DNA of 64,000 nt from the human T2T-CHM13v2.0 reference genome, Homo sapiens: the NCBI RefSeq assembly GCF_009914755.1, contig NC_060937.1; one strand, given 5' to 3'. The notes under the pieces are model-generated. The model had not been told where the DNA came from. It saw only the letters and a list, made by a program, of their open reading frames with translations, and ran no database searches. The position numbers were made by a program, and so were the translations under genes. Of this stretch, positions 16,416 to 27,895 are shown one piece after another (position 1 is the stretch's first letter; each line of letters starts with the position of its first letter).

Positions 16416-16588
16416 TCTCAATGCACATCTGATACCTGCTGCCTTTGAGAAACAAGTTTTGTTGTGCTGATTTAACAGCCTGTGAATTCTGCAAACACGA
16501 TCGTGAAAAAATGCCAATCTGTCCTGTGTAAGCCCTGTGTGAAGTTTTGACTTTAATCTACCAGATCACTCCTTCACCCTCCATAAAG

Positions 16589-16912
16589 ATGTCTGAACCT
16601 GACACTTCCTCAGGATTTTCGGGAAGTGTGGAGAATGGAACTTTTCTTGAGCTGTTTCCCACATCCCTGTCCACGTCAGTGGACCCATCCTCAGGCCACC
16701 TGTCAAACGTCTACATCTATGTGTCCATATTCCTCAGCCTTTTAGCGTTTCTGCTTCTGCTTTTAATCATTGCCCTCCAGAGGCTCAAAAATATCATCTC
16801 CTCCAGTTCCTCCTACCCAGAGTATCCAAGCGACGCTGGAAGTTCTTTCACCAATTTGGAAGTCTGCAGCATTTCCTCTCAGAGGTCCACTTTTTCAAAC
16901 CTTTCATCCTGA
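16589..16912 (+). CDS. SERTM1: Serine-rich and transmembrane domain-containing protein 1, 107 aa, whole CDS in one exon
   Basis: ATG with A at -3; MSEPDTSSGFSGSVENGTFLELF...VYIYVSIFLSLLAFLLLLLIIALQRLK...STFSNLSS recognised as SERTM1 (C13orf36); one TM helix at residues 41-63. Confidence 0.95.
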   Translation: MSEPDTSSGFSGSVENGTFLELFPTSLSTSVDPSSGHLSNVYIYVSIFLSLLAFLLLLLIIALQRLKNIISSSSSYPEYPSDAGSSFTNLEVCSISSQRSTFSNLSS

Positions 16913-19350
16913 GGAAAATGGAAGAGTCCTTGAGTGTGGCAGCAGTTTTGACATCCCCTTACGGAAGTGTCCCGTGAGGCATTGCCTCATGAAAGAAATG
17001 ATCCTTTTGGTGTAGACCTGCTTCTCCTTCTCCTTTTTCTCTGATTTCTTTTCTGTTCATGATGCTTTTCATTTGGGGATGGAGACACCGATGTTGGTGG
17101 AAATGTGTGCAAACCCCAAGGTGCAGAATTTCACACAAATGGCTTGATGAATCTAGACTGGGCTTCTTCAGGTAAGTCAGTTCATTCTACTTTGTTGGAC
17201 GCCGTAGACTCATCTGAGGTGGCCTCTCCGTGGATGCTGGACATGGACTCGCACTTCATTTCTTTTACAAAGCCGTGAAATCAACTGAGCCTGCAGAAAC
17301 TGGCAAAATCAAGTCTGACCTATGTAGAAGTTATTTTCCATATTTAAAAGATAAAGTGGAGACACCAAACTTAAAAAGGAAGAGAGTCAATTTAGATTTA
17401 ATGTATGACATTTCTAAAACTGAGGGTAAATATATGCTAAATATTTTCTTTAACTTCACTTTAACAAGTAAAAATCACACTTATTGATGAATGTAAGTCA
17501 TTTGGGAAAGTTTTGGAAGAGTTTACATTTTAATAGCAAGACAAACATGTATTATGATGGAGCTTGTGATGTATTTCTGCCTCCTGGAGTTTTATTTTGT
17601 TTTTCTGCTTATGTTTTAGTCATAATGCCACAAAGTTGTGGAATTTTTGTGATTAATTGCTGTTACTAGTACTAAGAGAAGCACCAGAAGAGATGCCAAG
17701 AAGTTTTTATATGAATAATTTCTATCAGTGAGAATTAAGCATATGGAAAATATTCATTTAGTTGTATTTTATACAGTAATAACTCTTAGCTGTCGTGTAA
17801 GTTCCTTTATTCGGTTTCATAGTCTTTATAATTTTAGTGCAGAATTATATTAAGCCTCCAAGATGTCTGATATTTGTTCACTCACATTAGGTTGTAAAAC
17901 TTAGAAACTAAATTGCAAATATATGTGTTATTATATACTCCACGAATGTTGCGTCTCTGATAATTAGTTGTTGTATGTTAACATAATACTCTACATTAGG
18001 ATTTCAGGATGTGAGTTTGTATTAAAAATTGTAGGCACTCAAGTTGTGTAGCTGCTGGGAGCTTTAGGGATCCTAGGAGCTGCCGTGCTGCAGGCAGCAG
18101 AGTATGTCTGAACTCGGCGGGCGGGTGGCAGGGGCTGTCTGTGAAATTAGGCACACATGTGAGCTCAGACATGGAATGTGGAGGAACTCAAGCTGCCCCT
18201 AAAAACAAAACAATCAAACTGCAGCTCCTTAAGAGTAAGAATTTTAATTTAATTTTGAAAATAAATGGCCCACAGGGTAAACACTGAACTTATTCAACCT
18301 ACAGGAGGCCACTGCATCAACACGCCACGGTCTTCCCATGGCAACTGAATCATTCCTTGTTCAAAACATTTAATCATCTTAAGCAGTGGGGCTTCAACAC
18401 ACCGTTTGGTTAGATTGTGCAGTCAGCACTCTCCAGTGATTAGAATGGGGGAAAGAATCCACTATTTGTACAGGGTTTATCTTTATCATACTAAAATGCT
18501 GAGTGAGTGGAGGTCTGGGAATGAAAATCAGAAGTATTCTTCTTCTTTTAATTCATAAGCCTCACTTAAATCAGAACACATTTAACTATTTATATATCAA
18601 AAACGTCCCCAAACACCATAAGACCAGCACAGAGTTGCTGCCCTAAAATGTATAATTAGTGAAAAATTTACCTCTGCTTCCATTTAAAGCATGGCAGTGG
18701 GTTGGGTGTCATTATGTAGTATAAAAACTGGACTAGATAAACTGCTATTTTAGAGCATTATTAGCATTCTCTGAATATATGTATATATACATATATATAC
18801 GCACACACACACACACATAAATATATATATATATATATATATATAAACTCACATACTCCCAATTAAAAGTCGTGTGAAAGCTACACAGGATTACAGAGGC
18901 ATCTATATTATCACTTTTGCTCTTTGACTAATCCTATGCTGTTTTTGTTATAGAGAGAAACAAGGACATGGATGAAGTGATTTTTTTTTTAAATAAAAGG
19001 ACAAATTTGCCACACAACAGAACAATCTGAGTATGATCTGTCCTCAGGGTATCTTTATATCCTTTCCATGTGAAAGAGATATAAAGAATTCTGACAGCAA
19101 AACTACTTTAAAAATCAAATCAAATCAAATCCACAAGCACACTCCCATTCCTCCCCTGCCGCAATGGTTCTTGCTCTCAATGTTTAGTAGAGAAATTAAG
19201 AGCCACATTCAAAGATGGAAAATAAGATTTGTCATTAGAAGCTTGCCAAGGTAACAGATTGTACAACTTGAGATGAATTCATGTTGTTTAAGAAGTTCAG
19301 AAAGGTTGGAAGATGGGTTTATAAATAAAGAAGTGGAGTCCATTGAAAGC
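16913..19350 (+). other. SERTM1: SERTM1 3'UTR (about 2.4 kb)
   Basis: Mostly unique AU-rich sequence from the stop codon to the polyA signal; 3' end inferred. Confidence 0.7.
18774..18845. repeat. Compound (TA)n(CA)n(TA)n microsatellite in the 3'UTR
   Basis: Read directly. Confidence 0.95.
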
Positions 19351-19371
19351 CTGGTTCTTTGATTCTTTTCC
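19324..19371 (+). terminator. Polyadenylation signal with downstream GU/U-rich element
   Basis: AATAAA at 19324-19329 followed by ctggttctttgattcttttcc at 19351-19371. Confidence 0.7.
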
Positions 19372-20988
19372 AGTGAGGTGATTTATAATCTCTTCTAGAG
19401 AAGAAGCTTTTCCTAAGAGTTTTAAGCATACACCACACACACACAGAGACGTATAGACATATATTTACATATAAATATATCACTCCTTTTCTGTACGTTC
19501 TGTCTGAAGCAGGGTCAGTAATGTGTGACCCAAATGTCAGCCTCTCCCCAGCCCTGCAAGGATCACCTCCTTCTGCGACAGTGAGTCCCACATTTCCCAG
19601 ATGAGAAGAACGATCTGGGTGCTTCGACAATATAGAGGATCCCACGCCACACCCCAGACCTTCAGGAGTGGAGCCAGAGTATTTCTGGATATTTTTAACA
19701 AGGACTTCAGGTGATGCTGATGATCAGCGGGGAAACTGGCAGAGGAAGGATCACATATATTGTGCTTACATATTTGCAGAGGACAGGGGTCTTACCTCTC
19801 GGCCACTGCCCTTGTAACTGCAGTTGCTCCCAGCTGAGCATCCCCTGCACAGCTCAAAATCCCCACTGGGACCTACTTTCCTGCTCCAGTCTGAATCCAG
19901 CCACCCTTCTCCTCAATGGAAAGCTGCTGCTGCTGCTATTGTAATAAACTTGGTGGAAGAGGGAAGTGCAAAAAGTCACATGTCTTTCTTGTCCTGTCTC
20001 TTAATTCCCCACAAGATGATATGCATATAACAGACTAGGTTAGAGGACTGGGGGTAGCTGACAGGATTTATAAGATGAGAGAAAATATTTTACATTGAGT
20101 ACTAAGTAAGACTATTCCCACAGTCCAAAGGAAAACAACAGCATAACTAGGAAAACATTATCTAGGAGAAGCACCAGTTTCTATCCTTGCTCCCCTGTCT
20201 TGAAGTCAGCCTCCCACCCGTCTGAGAGAGGCTGCCACTTCAATCTAATGCCAGGTCCCACTCTCCGACTCTCTGTTAGAAAGTCCCCTGGGATACGTTC
20301 CTATCAGTCCAACACCCTGGACCTAAGACTTCAGAGAGTCTGAGTTATTCAAGAGAGAATACTCCCAGGCTGTGTGAGGATGGGTGTGGTATGGATGGAG
20401 TCCTGGAGGGAGGTCTGTAGCAGAGGAGTTCACGGTAGGCTCTGGATCTCCCAGGACCAGCTCTCTGCAGTATCTCTCCATCAGTGAGAGGACAACTGTG
20501 CTTCTCTTGCTTCCTGGTTATCCAGCCAGCCCAAGCATGCATTTGTGTGCATGAACACACATACACACACACACATTAACTCAGACATACGCTCTCCTTC
20601 ACCCACACATACACCATCCAAGAACAAACCATCATCCCCAGTGTTCGAAGACAGCACCTCAGTTTTCAAAGTCCACTTACTTCAATTTCCCCCTGCCTTC
20701 AGTGATGAGCTGAGCACAGTAACTCCCTCTCACTCAACCTTCTCATTCAAAACCATGCCTAAACATCTACCACTTAGTAAGAAACATTTCCTACTAATAC
20801 TGCTTTTCATAGCAACAGTGCTCACTAGCCCCTGTAGTCACTTCTGACTATGCAGAGACCTCATCAAACCATTGCAAGTATAGCTTTTCTTTATGTTGGA
20901 TTGGGTCCACTCTGGGTTAGGGTGTTTGCCACCCTGGACACTGTAATAAGACATTATTATCAATGGGAATTTATTAAATAAATGAATA

Positions 20989-21250
20989 GAAGTGGTGTTT
21001 GGTTTTCTGTTCCTGTGTTAGTTTACTGAGGATAATGGCTTCCAGCTCCATCCATGTCCCGGCAAAGGACACGATCTCATTCCTTTTTATAGCTGCATAG
21101 TATTCCATGGTGTATACGTACCACATTTTCTTTATACAGTCTATTATTGATGGGCATTTGGGTTGATTCCTTACCTATCTAACAAACCTGCACATCCTGC
21201 ACGTGTACCTCAGAATTTAAAATAAGAATTAAAATAATAAAATAAAATAA
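20989..21250 (+). mobile_element. Short 5'-inverted L1 (older L1PA)
   Basis: Antisense L1 ORF2-end/3'UTR at about 20990-21170 joined to a sense L1 3' end plus A-tail; TSD aaataaatgaata at 20976-20988 and 21245-21257. Confidence 0.85.
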
Positions 21251-21257
21251 ATGAATA

Positions 21258-21770
21258 CATCCTTTGGCACTAGATAAAACAGACAGATATAGTTCCTGCC
21301 CTCACGGAGCTTATAATCTAGTAAGGAAGATATAAAAACAAATGAACAAACAATATGTATAATTGCAATTGCCATTAGCACTGTGAAGAGAATAAAACTG
21401 TGAAATAATAAGCAACAAGGGAAACTCACCAGGCATAGGTGGTCAGGGAGGGCCTTCCTGATGAGATCATAGTATTTGAAGGGTGTTGAGGAGAGTCTTC
21501 TCCACAAAGGGATAGCGTCTACAAAGGCCCTGTGGCAGAGAAAGGCTAGGCTTGTGAACAGAAAAGTCAGAGTACTGGGATCCAGAGCATGAGTCTAGAG
21601 AGGTGGGCAGGATAGACTATGTAGGAACTGGTAGGTTAAAGTAGTAACTTGGATTTTATTCGGAGGGTGACAAGAATCCATTGAAGGATTTTAAACAGGT
21701 AAGTTATATAATTGAATTTTTGTTTCAGAAAGATGACTGTAGATGCTTTGTAGAAAATAAACCAGAGACG
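21258..21770 (-). mobile_element. L2 fragment
   Basis: ttcctgccctcacggagcttataatctag...ggattttaaacagg...tttcagaaagatgactg. Confidence 0.7.
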
Positions 21771-21959
21771 GACAAAAAGTCCTATTCAGATCCACCCTGG
21801 GTGGGGTATGGGAGTGGGTGGTGAGTTGTTCTCCCAGCTACAAATATCTGCTCATCTTCTAGCCATGGAAACGGCCTGAGCTGAGAATGAGTGTTGCCAC
21901 ACACACCCCTCCCTCCTCCTCCCGTTTCAACCACGCTCTCACCTCCCTCTCTCCCTCTC

Positions 21960-22040
21960 CTGGTCTCTCTGTCTCTGTCTGTCTGTCTCTCTTTCTCTCT
22001 CTCTCATACACACACGCACGCACACACACACACACACACG
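21960..22040. repeat. (CT)n(CA)n microsatellite
   Basis: Read directly. Confidence 0.9.
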
Positions 22041-22517
22041 CCTTCTCAGATTCTTCTCTCCTCACCTAATGTGTCCCCATTTGGCCCTTGTTTAAAGTAT
22101 TTCAATCATGTTTCAGTCCATGTAACTATTATTCCAGTACTTTTAACATGATATGTGACTAATATTGTAATGAAACTCTAATACTGCAGCAAAGTTGAAG
22201 CATTTAAAATTGTTGCTCCTTTTAAAATTTTTTAAAATTCAATTCTCAAAACAGCTATTATTCTTGATGCACTATATGGCTCATTCCTATGATTCCAGGC
22301 TCTTGTGGAGAGTTAACATTTTTGGGTGGTTTCTCCTTGGTTATCTATCTGCCCTGTTTAGCTAACACTACATGCCATAAGACATAGAATTTGGATTCAG
22401 ACCAAGACCTAAATGTTAACTCTACAACCTTAGGCAACCTTCTGAGACTCCAGATATTGGTAACTAGAAGAGAATAATAACCTCCTTACAATGTTGTGAG
22501 AATTAAGAAACTATTTG

Positions 22518-22864
22518 TGTTAACAGTGGAGGGTGTCCAGGTTCTTGGAGTCTTGAACAAAGAATTGGACAAAATGCACAAACAAAGCAAGGAAGAAATG
22601 GAGGGTTTTATTGTAAAGGAAAGTACACTCCATAGTGTGGGAGCGGGCCTGAGCATAGGGGCTCCAAGTCCACACTATTTAGAATTTTGGGAGTTTCAAT
22701 ATCCTCTAGAGGATTGGGACACATACTACATAAATGAAGAGGATGAAGTAAAGTTGCAAAGTCATTTACTTGGCCTATGCCCTATGGAGAGGATATTTCC
22801 TGTCATAGCTGAAGTGTGAATTGTCCTTATGTTTCCTGCCTCCAGACCGTATTTTCCTGCCTCA
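22518..22864 (-). mobile_element. MER61-family ERV1 LTR (complete 3' LTR, 347 bp)
   Basis: TG...CA ends; minus strand begins TGAGGCAGGAAAATACGGTCTGGAGGCAGG; polypurine tract lies directly upstream on the minus strand (22865-22875). Confidence 0.8.
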
Positions 22865-25842
22865 TCTCCTCCCTGAGAGATGTGATCCCATAAATCTTTA
22901 TGGGAGGCAGAGGGACCGATGATCTTTTTTGGTAACTGCTTCATGCTGGCTTGGGGCATAGTCCTTACCTATTGGGGATCACAGAACTCTCCCTGCTCTA
23001 TCTAGTGGAGGCAGGGTAGCTTCTTGATGTCCAAGGGTGGTGTCTTCACCGGGAACTGGCTGAAACCTTTGTTGCATCATCATCTGAAGCTTGATGGTCT
23101 CTAGGTGAGAGGAAATGAATTTGGTTAAAAGATTTAATGGGAACTTCAGGGGGTGGATACCTATGTTGTCAGAAATGTTTGTTATAGAGATTTGCAGAAG
23201 AAAAAAACAAAAGCTAGTCTGTTGTAGAATCCAAGCGTTTCCTTAAAGTCTTAGCACAAATGACTCCATCTGTGTTTGCTTTAGTCTGTTGGGGCCCAGG
23301 GCATGAGTGCATGAGCTTAGTCCAAAACAATGGCCTCACAGAGTTTTGTTTTAAAAATCCCCCCTTTTTGGTCAGGTTCTCACTTAGGTGAGTGTGCAAC
23401 CAAAACTTAGGGCCTTAGTGCCACTTCTCAGTTACCAACATTTTGGGTTTCCAGTCTCAGCACATCATTTATAGGTATGGTGTCCTCATGGTTGAACATT
23501 TCTTTCAGCTGTTGTCATTCCAGTCGAAGAGAGACCATTTGATGTTCTAGAGATGGCTGCATGCAAGCATTTAAAACCTTTGAGAGAATACAGTGCACCA
23601 AGGAGACTACTATTATCACTACTGGAAGGAAAATACCCAGAGTTCAGAGTATGCTCCTTAACCAGGGTCCCTAGAAACCAAACCACCTACACTTAAATAG
23701 TTTAAAGAATGAGCTAGATGAAGAGTCTACTCACTTGACTAAGTGGTCTTTTCATTAATCCCCTACACTGAATTTTTATAATCTGCATTTGACCTGTTTC
23801 TCCATAGGCCGCAAGTGTCAGCAGCTGCAGAAGAACTTCTTTGTTTAGCCAATTCTATTTAGCATAACTTTCAAAGAGAATTTAAAATCTGTTGTGTAAC
23901 GATAGCCTTTAAAGTAGATTTGCTATAGAGCCTATCATGAGGGATACATTTCTAATCATTGCTTCCTTTACTTTAAGCCATGGAAAAAGGACTTAACAAA
24001 TGATGCCCTTCTAGGAGAGTGAAGACCCCCTGGCAATGTTCTCTTTAACCCATGATGTGGGTTAAGAGGGATGAACCAATATTTTGTTTTTGAGTGATTA
24101 TGGGGCAACATATGTACCACTAAAGTTTCTTACCTGCGTTGGGCCTTCATCTCTATCAAAGTAGAAGGTTATCCATGTATAAGGCTGGCTGCAAACTTCT
24201 TCACAAATAAAAGTATACCCCATAAGTGCACATAACAGACCCTTTTTCCACTTCTATTGTTAGTAGAGATATAAGCAAGAAAAAATATTCAAAGATAAGA
24301 GTTTCATGATAGTAGAAGTCTTACTCTGTGAACTTGGGAAAAGCTGTTCACTTCAAGGATGCCATCTTCTTCTTCTTGGGAGAAATTTCTCTGGTTAGCT
24401 TTACCTCAAGGGTTCCAATGGGTGCACAATTCCAAAAGTGTGGAGGGAACCTTTTCAGTGGCGAGACCATGAACCCAAAGCCCAGGGTCCCGAAGTTTAG
24501 TTGCAGTGAGGATGGTAAGGAGAGTCTTTCTCTGGTGTTCTCAGAAGATTCAAACCATAAAAAGCTTTTTTACCTGGTGCAAATACACTGTAGCATAATA
24601 ATCTACTGTAATAACATCAGCCCTCTCACGTGGGAAAGCTTTTATACAACCAGAAAGCATGCATTGGAAATAACAATTGAATGAAATCCCTTTATAAAAT
24701 GTTTAAATGGCCCACAAGGTGACCAAATGTACATGAAGCTTTAATTGTCTTCCCAGGAATATGGGACCAAGCATTGGTTATAAACTATCTTAAAAATTTC
24801 AGTATCAGCTGGTTTAACATGAAAGTCTGACAAAGTATTTTATTGGTATTTAATTAATTTTTGTTCTACTTGGGTTAGTAGCTTTATACAAGGAAATTTG
24901 GTTATTTGTGTGGTTTACAATAACTTAACATAATACCCATAATTATAATTGATAGCATGTACTATTTTAGGAATCCCATACAATTTTGGAACATATATTA
25001 GTATTATTCACAAAAAAAACTTAAAGAAGACTGAACATCATTTTGGCAATCCCATGTACCTAAACACATCAAATAATCCTGTTTACCTCCTTTCTGGATG
25101 TTTTCAGGGGCCCTCTGATCCATCCAGAAAGCCAGGCATTAGGAAAGACAATTTTGAAACTGAAGTTTGATTTTGGAATTCCAGATTATTTATTTTGCCA
25201 AAATAATGACTCAGAAATTTTAAAGAAGTAAAAACCTTTTACAAAACACACACAGAGACATACATTCTACTATTCTTACACACCGTGCATGTAAAACCGT
25301 TTCTAGTAGTCTTAATTGCATGTTACAATGGTGACTCTTAGCAATTTTAACTTTAATGTAAAACCTGGTAAGTTATGTTCTGAAAAGGTTTGACTGTTTG
25401 CAGCATAGCTAGGGGCATGGCCAACTCCACATGTTCCCAGGCCTTACCTAGCTGGAAAGCAGGCAAGTTAAACAATTTTCAAAAGCCAAATAAGCAGTTT
25501 ATGACCTTAAAGCATTCAGCAAACCTAATATTGGAACGTAATTTAGACCACATGTTTCCATTTTAAAGACATTGTATTTTACCAATAATCTTTAAAACCC
25601 TCTTTATTTCCCAAAAATTGCTAAAGTCACGTGAACTAAAAGGCATTACGCTTTCTACTTTCCTGATGAAATATTTGATTTAAGCTCTTATTATTATTAA
25701 ACCAATTAATTTAAAACTTTACAATGGAGATTAGCCAGTTTGCACAGAGAGAAAGAGGCCAGAGACTGGCTAGTAAGAAATTCTTACCCTTTAGCTGGTA
25801 TGCTAGGTTTCAGGATTCTCTCTCTCTGAGTGGCCCTAGCAA
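22865..25842 (-). mobile_element. ERV1 internal region (MER61-int / MER4 group), decayed
   Basis: Lies between two co-oriented LTR copies; no long ORF. Confidence 0.75.
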
Positions 25843-25932
25843 CTACGCCCTATGGAGAAGATATTTTCTGTCATAGCTGAAGTGTGAATTGGCCTTATGT
25901 TCCCTGCCTCCAGACCCTATTTTCCTGCCTTA
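25843..25932 (-). mobile_element. Residual first 90 bp of the 5' LTR
   Basis: Matches 22775-22864 with 7 mismatches in 90 nt (counted by eye). Confidence 0.85.
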
Positions 25933-26999
25933 TATGTAAACTGTCTAGTTCACATACTTGGGGAGTAGTATCATATATGCAAATGTTAAGCAAACATCAT
26001 TAAATTTTGACTTCTGAAGATTCACATTTTCCCATTATTTCTGCCCACCACCTACTTTCTCTGCCTTCATGCATCCAATTCCTCTTCCATTCTCCCTTCT
26101 TCACACACCTGCCCTAGTCTCTCGTTTGCTGAGCCCTTACTGCTCTGCTGTCATCTTCCTGCTTTTGCCTACCCTCCATCTATGTCTCGCCACGACCTCA
26201 GCAAGGATGCGTGGGGGGAGACCTCATTGAAATTGTTTCTTTCAACAGCAATATCTACTTATTTCAGCCTATCCCCTTCCCAAGGCCTGAGGGTGTTGGG
26301 AACAGAGTCATGTGCCATAATACAAGTAACAGTGGTGGAGAAACAGATCAGAAACAAGGGCTGCCAGCAAGCGCCCTGTGGCTTATGAGGGATAATGAAG
26401 GTGCTGAGGGATTTGGGGTTATGATCAAACTTGAAGTGATCCTAGGAAAGTCGGACTGGGATGCAATAGTGCCTGGAGAAGTCAGACATCATGCCCTCTG
26501 TCTATATGTTCAAATTCTCCAGAGCTGGCCCAATTCACCAGCACCACTGTGCCTCCAGTTCAGCTGCATAGCACATTGCTGATTGTCAAACTGGCCTTAT
26601 TGTCTTAATTTGGAGTAGTCATCACACTACTCATCCCTAGCATTCAACAGCACTTCTTGAAAGAAATTTGCACATTGTTACTTAAGGATTACCAAATTTA
26701 AAAAAAAAAAAAAGTTTCTTTGTAATAAAATTCACTCACCCCCAAAGATACAGTAACTGATGATTCAGAAGCTCATTCAAGATCTTTCAGTGCCTCAAAC
26801 TTATTATTATATACATCATTTTTTGCTCCGTATGCATAGATGCCTGTCTAGAGGGAATTCTGCTTAATAAAATTCCAGATTAGTCTACTATAATACAAAT
26901 TATAATAACATTAAAAGTATTTAAGCATGCTTATTGCTAGTAGTAAAAACAAAGTGATTTAGCTCAAAGTGATTATTCAAGCAGGAATAATAATAATAA

Positions 27000-27215
27000 A
27001 TAATATTAACTGCTAGTACTTATATAGTCATTCCTGGGTGTCACACATTTTTTATATTTACTCTTGACATCCCATGAGGTAGGTACTATTATTATTTCCA
27101 TTTTACAGATTGGGAAATTGAGGAAGATCACAAAACTAATGAATGGTAAAATCAAAGATCCAACCCAAAAAATTCAGGCTCTAAGTTCTGCAAATTAACT
27201 ACCAGGCTTCACTCC
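27000..27215 (-). mobile_element. MIR
   Basis: catgaggtaggtactattattatttccattttacagattgggaaattgagg. Confidence 0.7.
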
Positions 27216-27604
27216 TCCTCTTTCTTTCATTCAAACATTGTCACTTTTAAAATAGATATGTTTTAGAAAATGTTTATTCACAAAAGTAGCTGAGAAATAA
27301 ATGTATAACCAAACATTAAACTTTATAGTAGATCCCAGGCCAGTGTAAACACACACTTGCTGAAAATGAAAGGGGCAGTAGGCTATATTGCTTTCTTACG
27401 TAAATATGGACACAGATCCCACACATCCTCCTTACTCACTGACATGCCCAAGGCCAAAGAAACACGAACAAGGGTCCTGCTTCCCAGGTGTGGGCACAAA
27501 GATGACTCAGCTCTACAGCAGCCTGGGGACATAGAGATGTCTACACACAAGATGCACCCGGGAGCCCCTTCTTGGGGAAGATTCATTTCTCATAAAATGA
27601 AGAG

Positions 27605-27895
27605 GTGTTCATCCATTTAGCAAATGTTTCTTGAACACTAACTCTATGCTAGGTATTCTTCTTTGCTTTTGGGATTCAACAGTGAGAAAAACAGACAAAA
27701 ATCCTGCAAGAAGTTTATGTTTTAGTGGAGAAAACAGACAATAACAGACAAATATAAAATATATAGTAAATTGGATAATTATAGGTGCATAAGAAAAAAT
27801 GTAAAGCAAGGAAAGGAAATAGAGTTGAACGCAGTTGTAAGTTAAGACACAAGTGAAAATAGAGACCTTTCTCAGAAGATGCTATTTGAGTTACA
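27605..27895 (-). mobile_element. L2 3' fragment
   Basis: ttcatccatttagcaaatgtttcttgaacac...aaaacagacaaaaatcctgc. Confidence 0.65.

Noticed and set aside
16547-16588. 14-aa N-terminal extension of SERTM1 in the ORF track
   Set aside because: It starts at TTG; the first suitable ATG with A at -3 is 16589 and gives the known 107-aa protein
22765-22790. p53 response element, known in some MER61 subfamilies
   Set aside because: The minus strand reads GGGCATAGGCCAAGTA, which does not fit two RRRCWWGYYY decamers; a PWM scan would be needed
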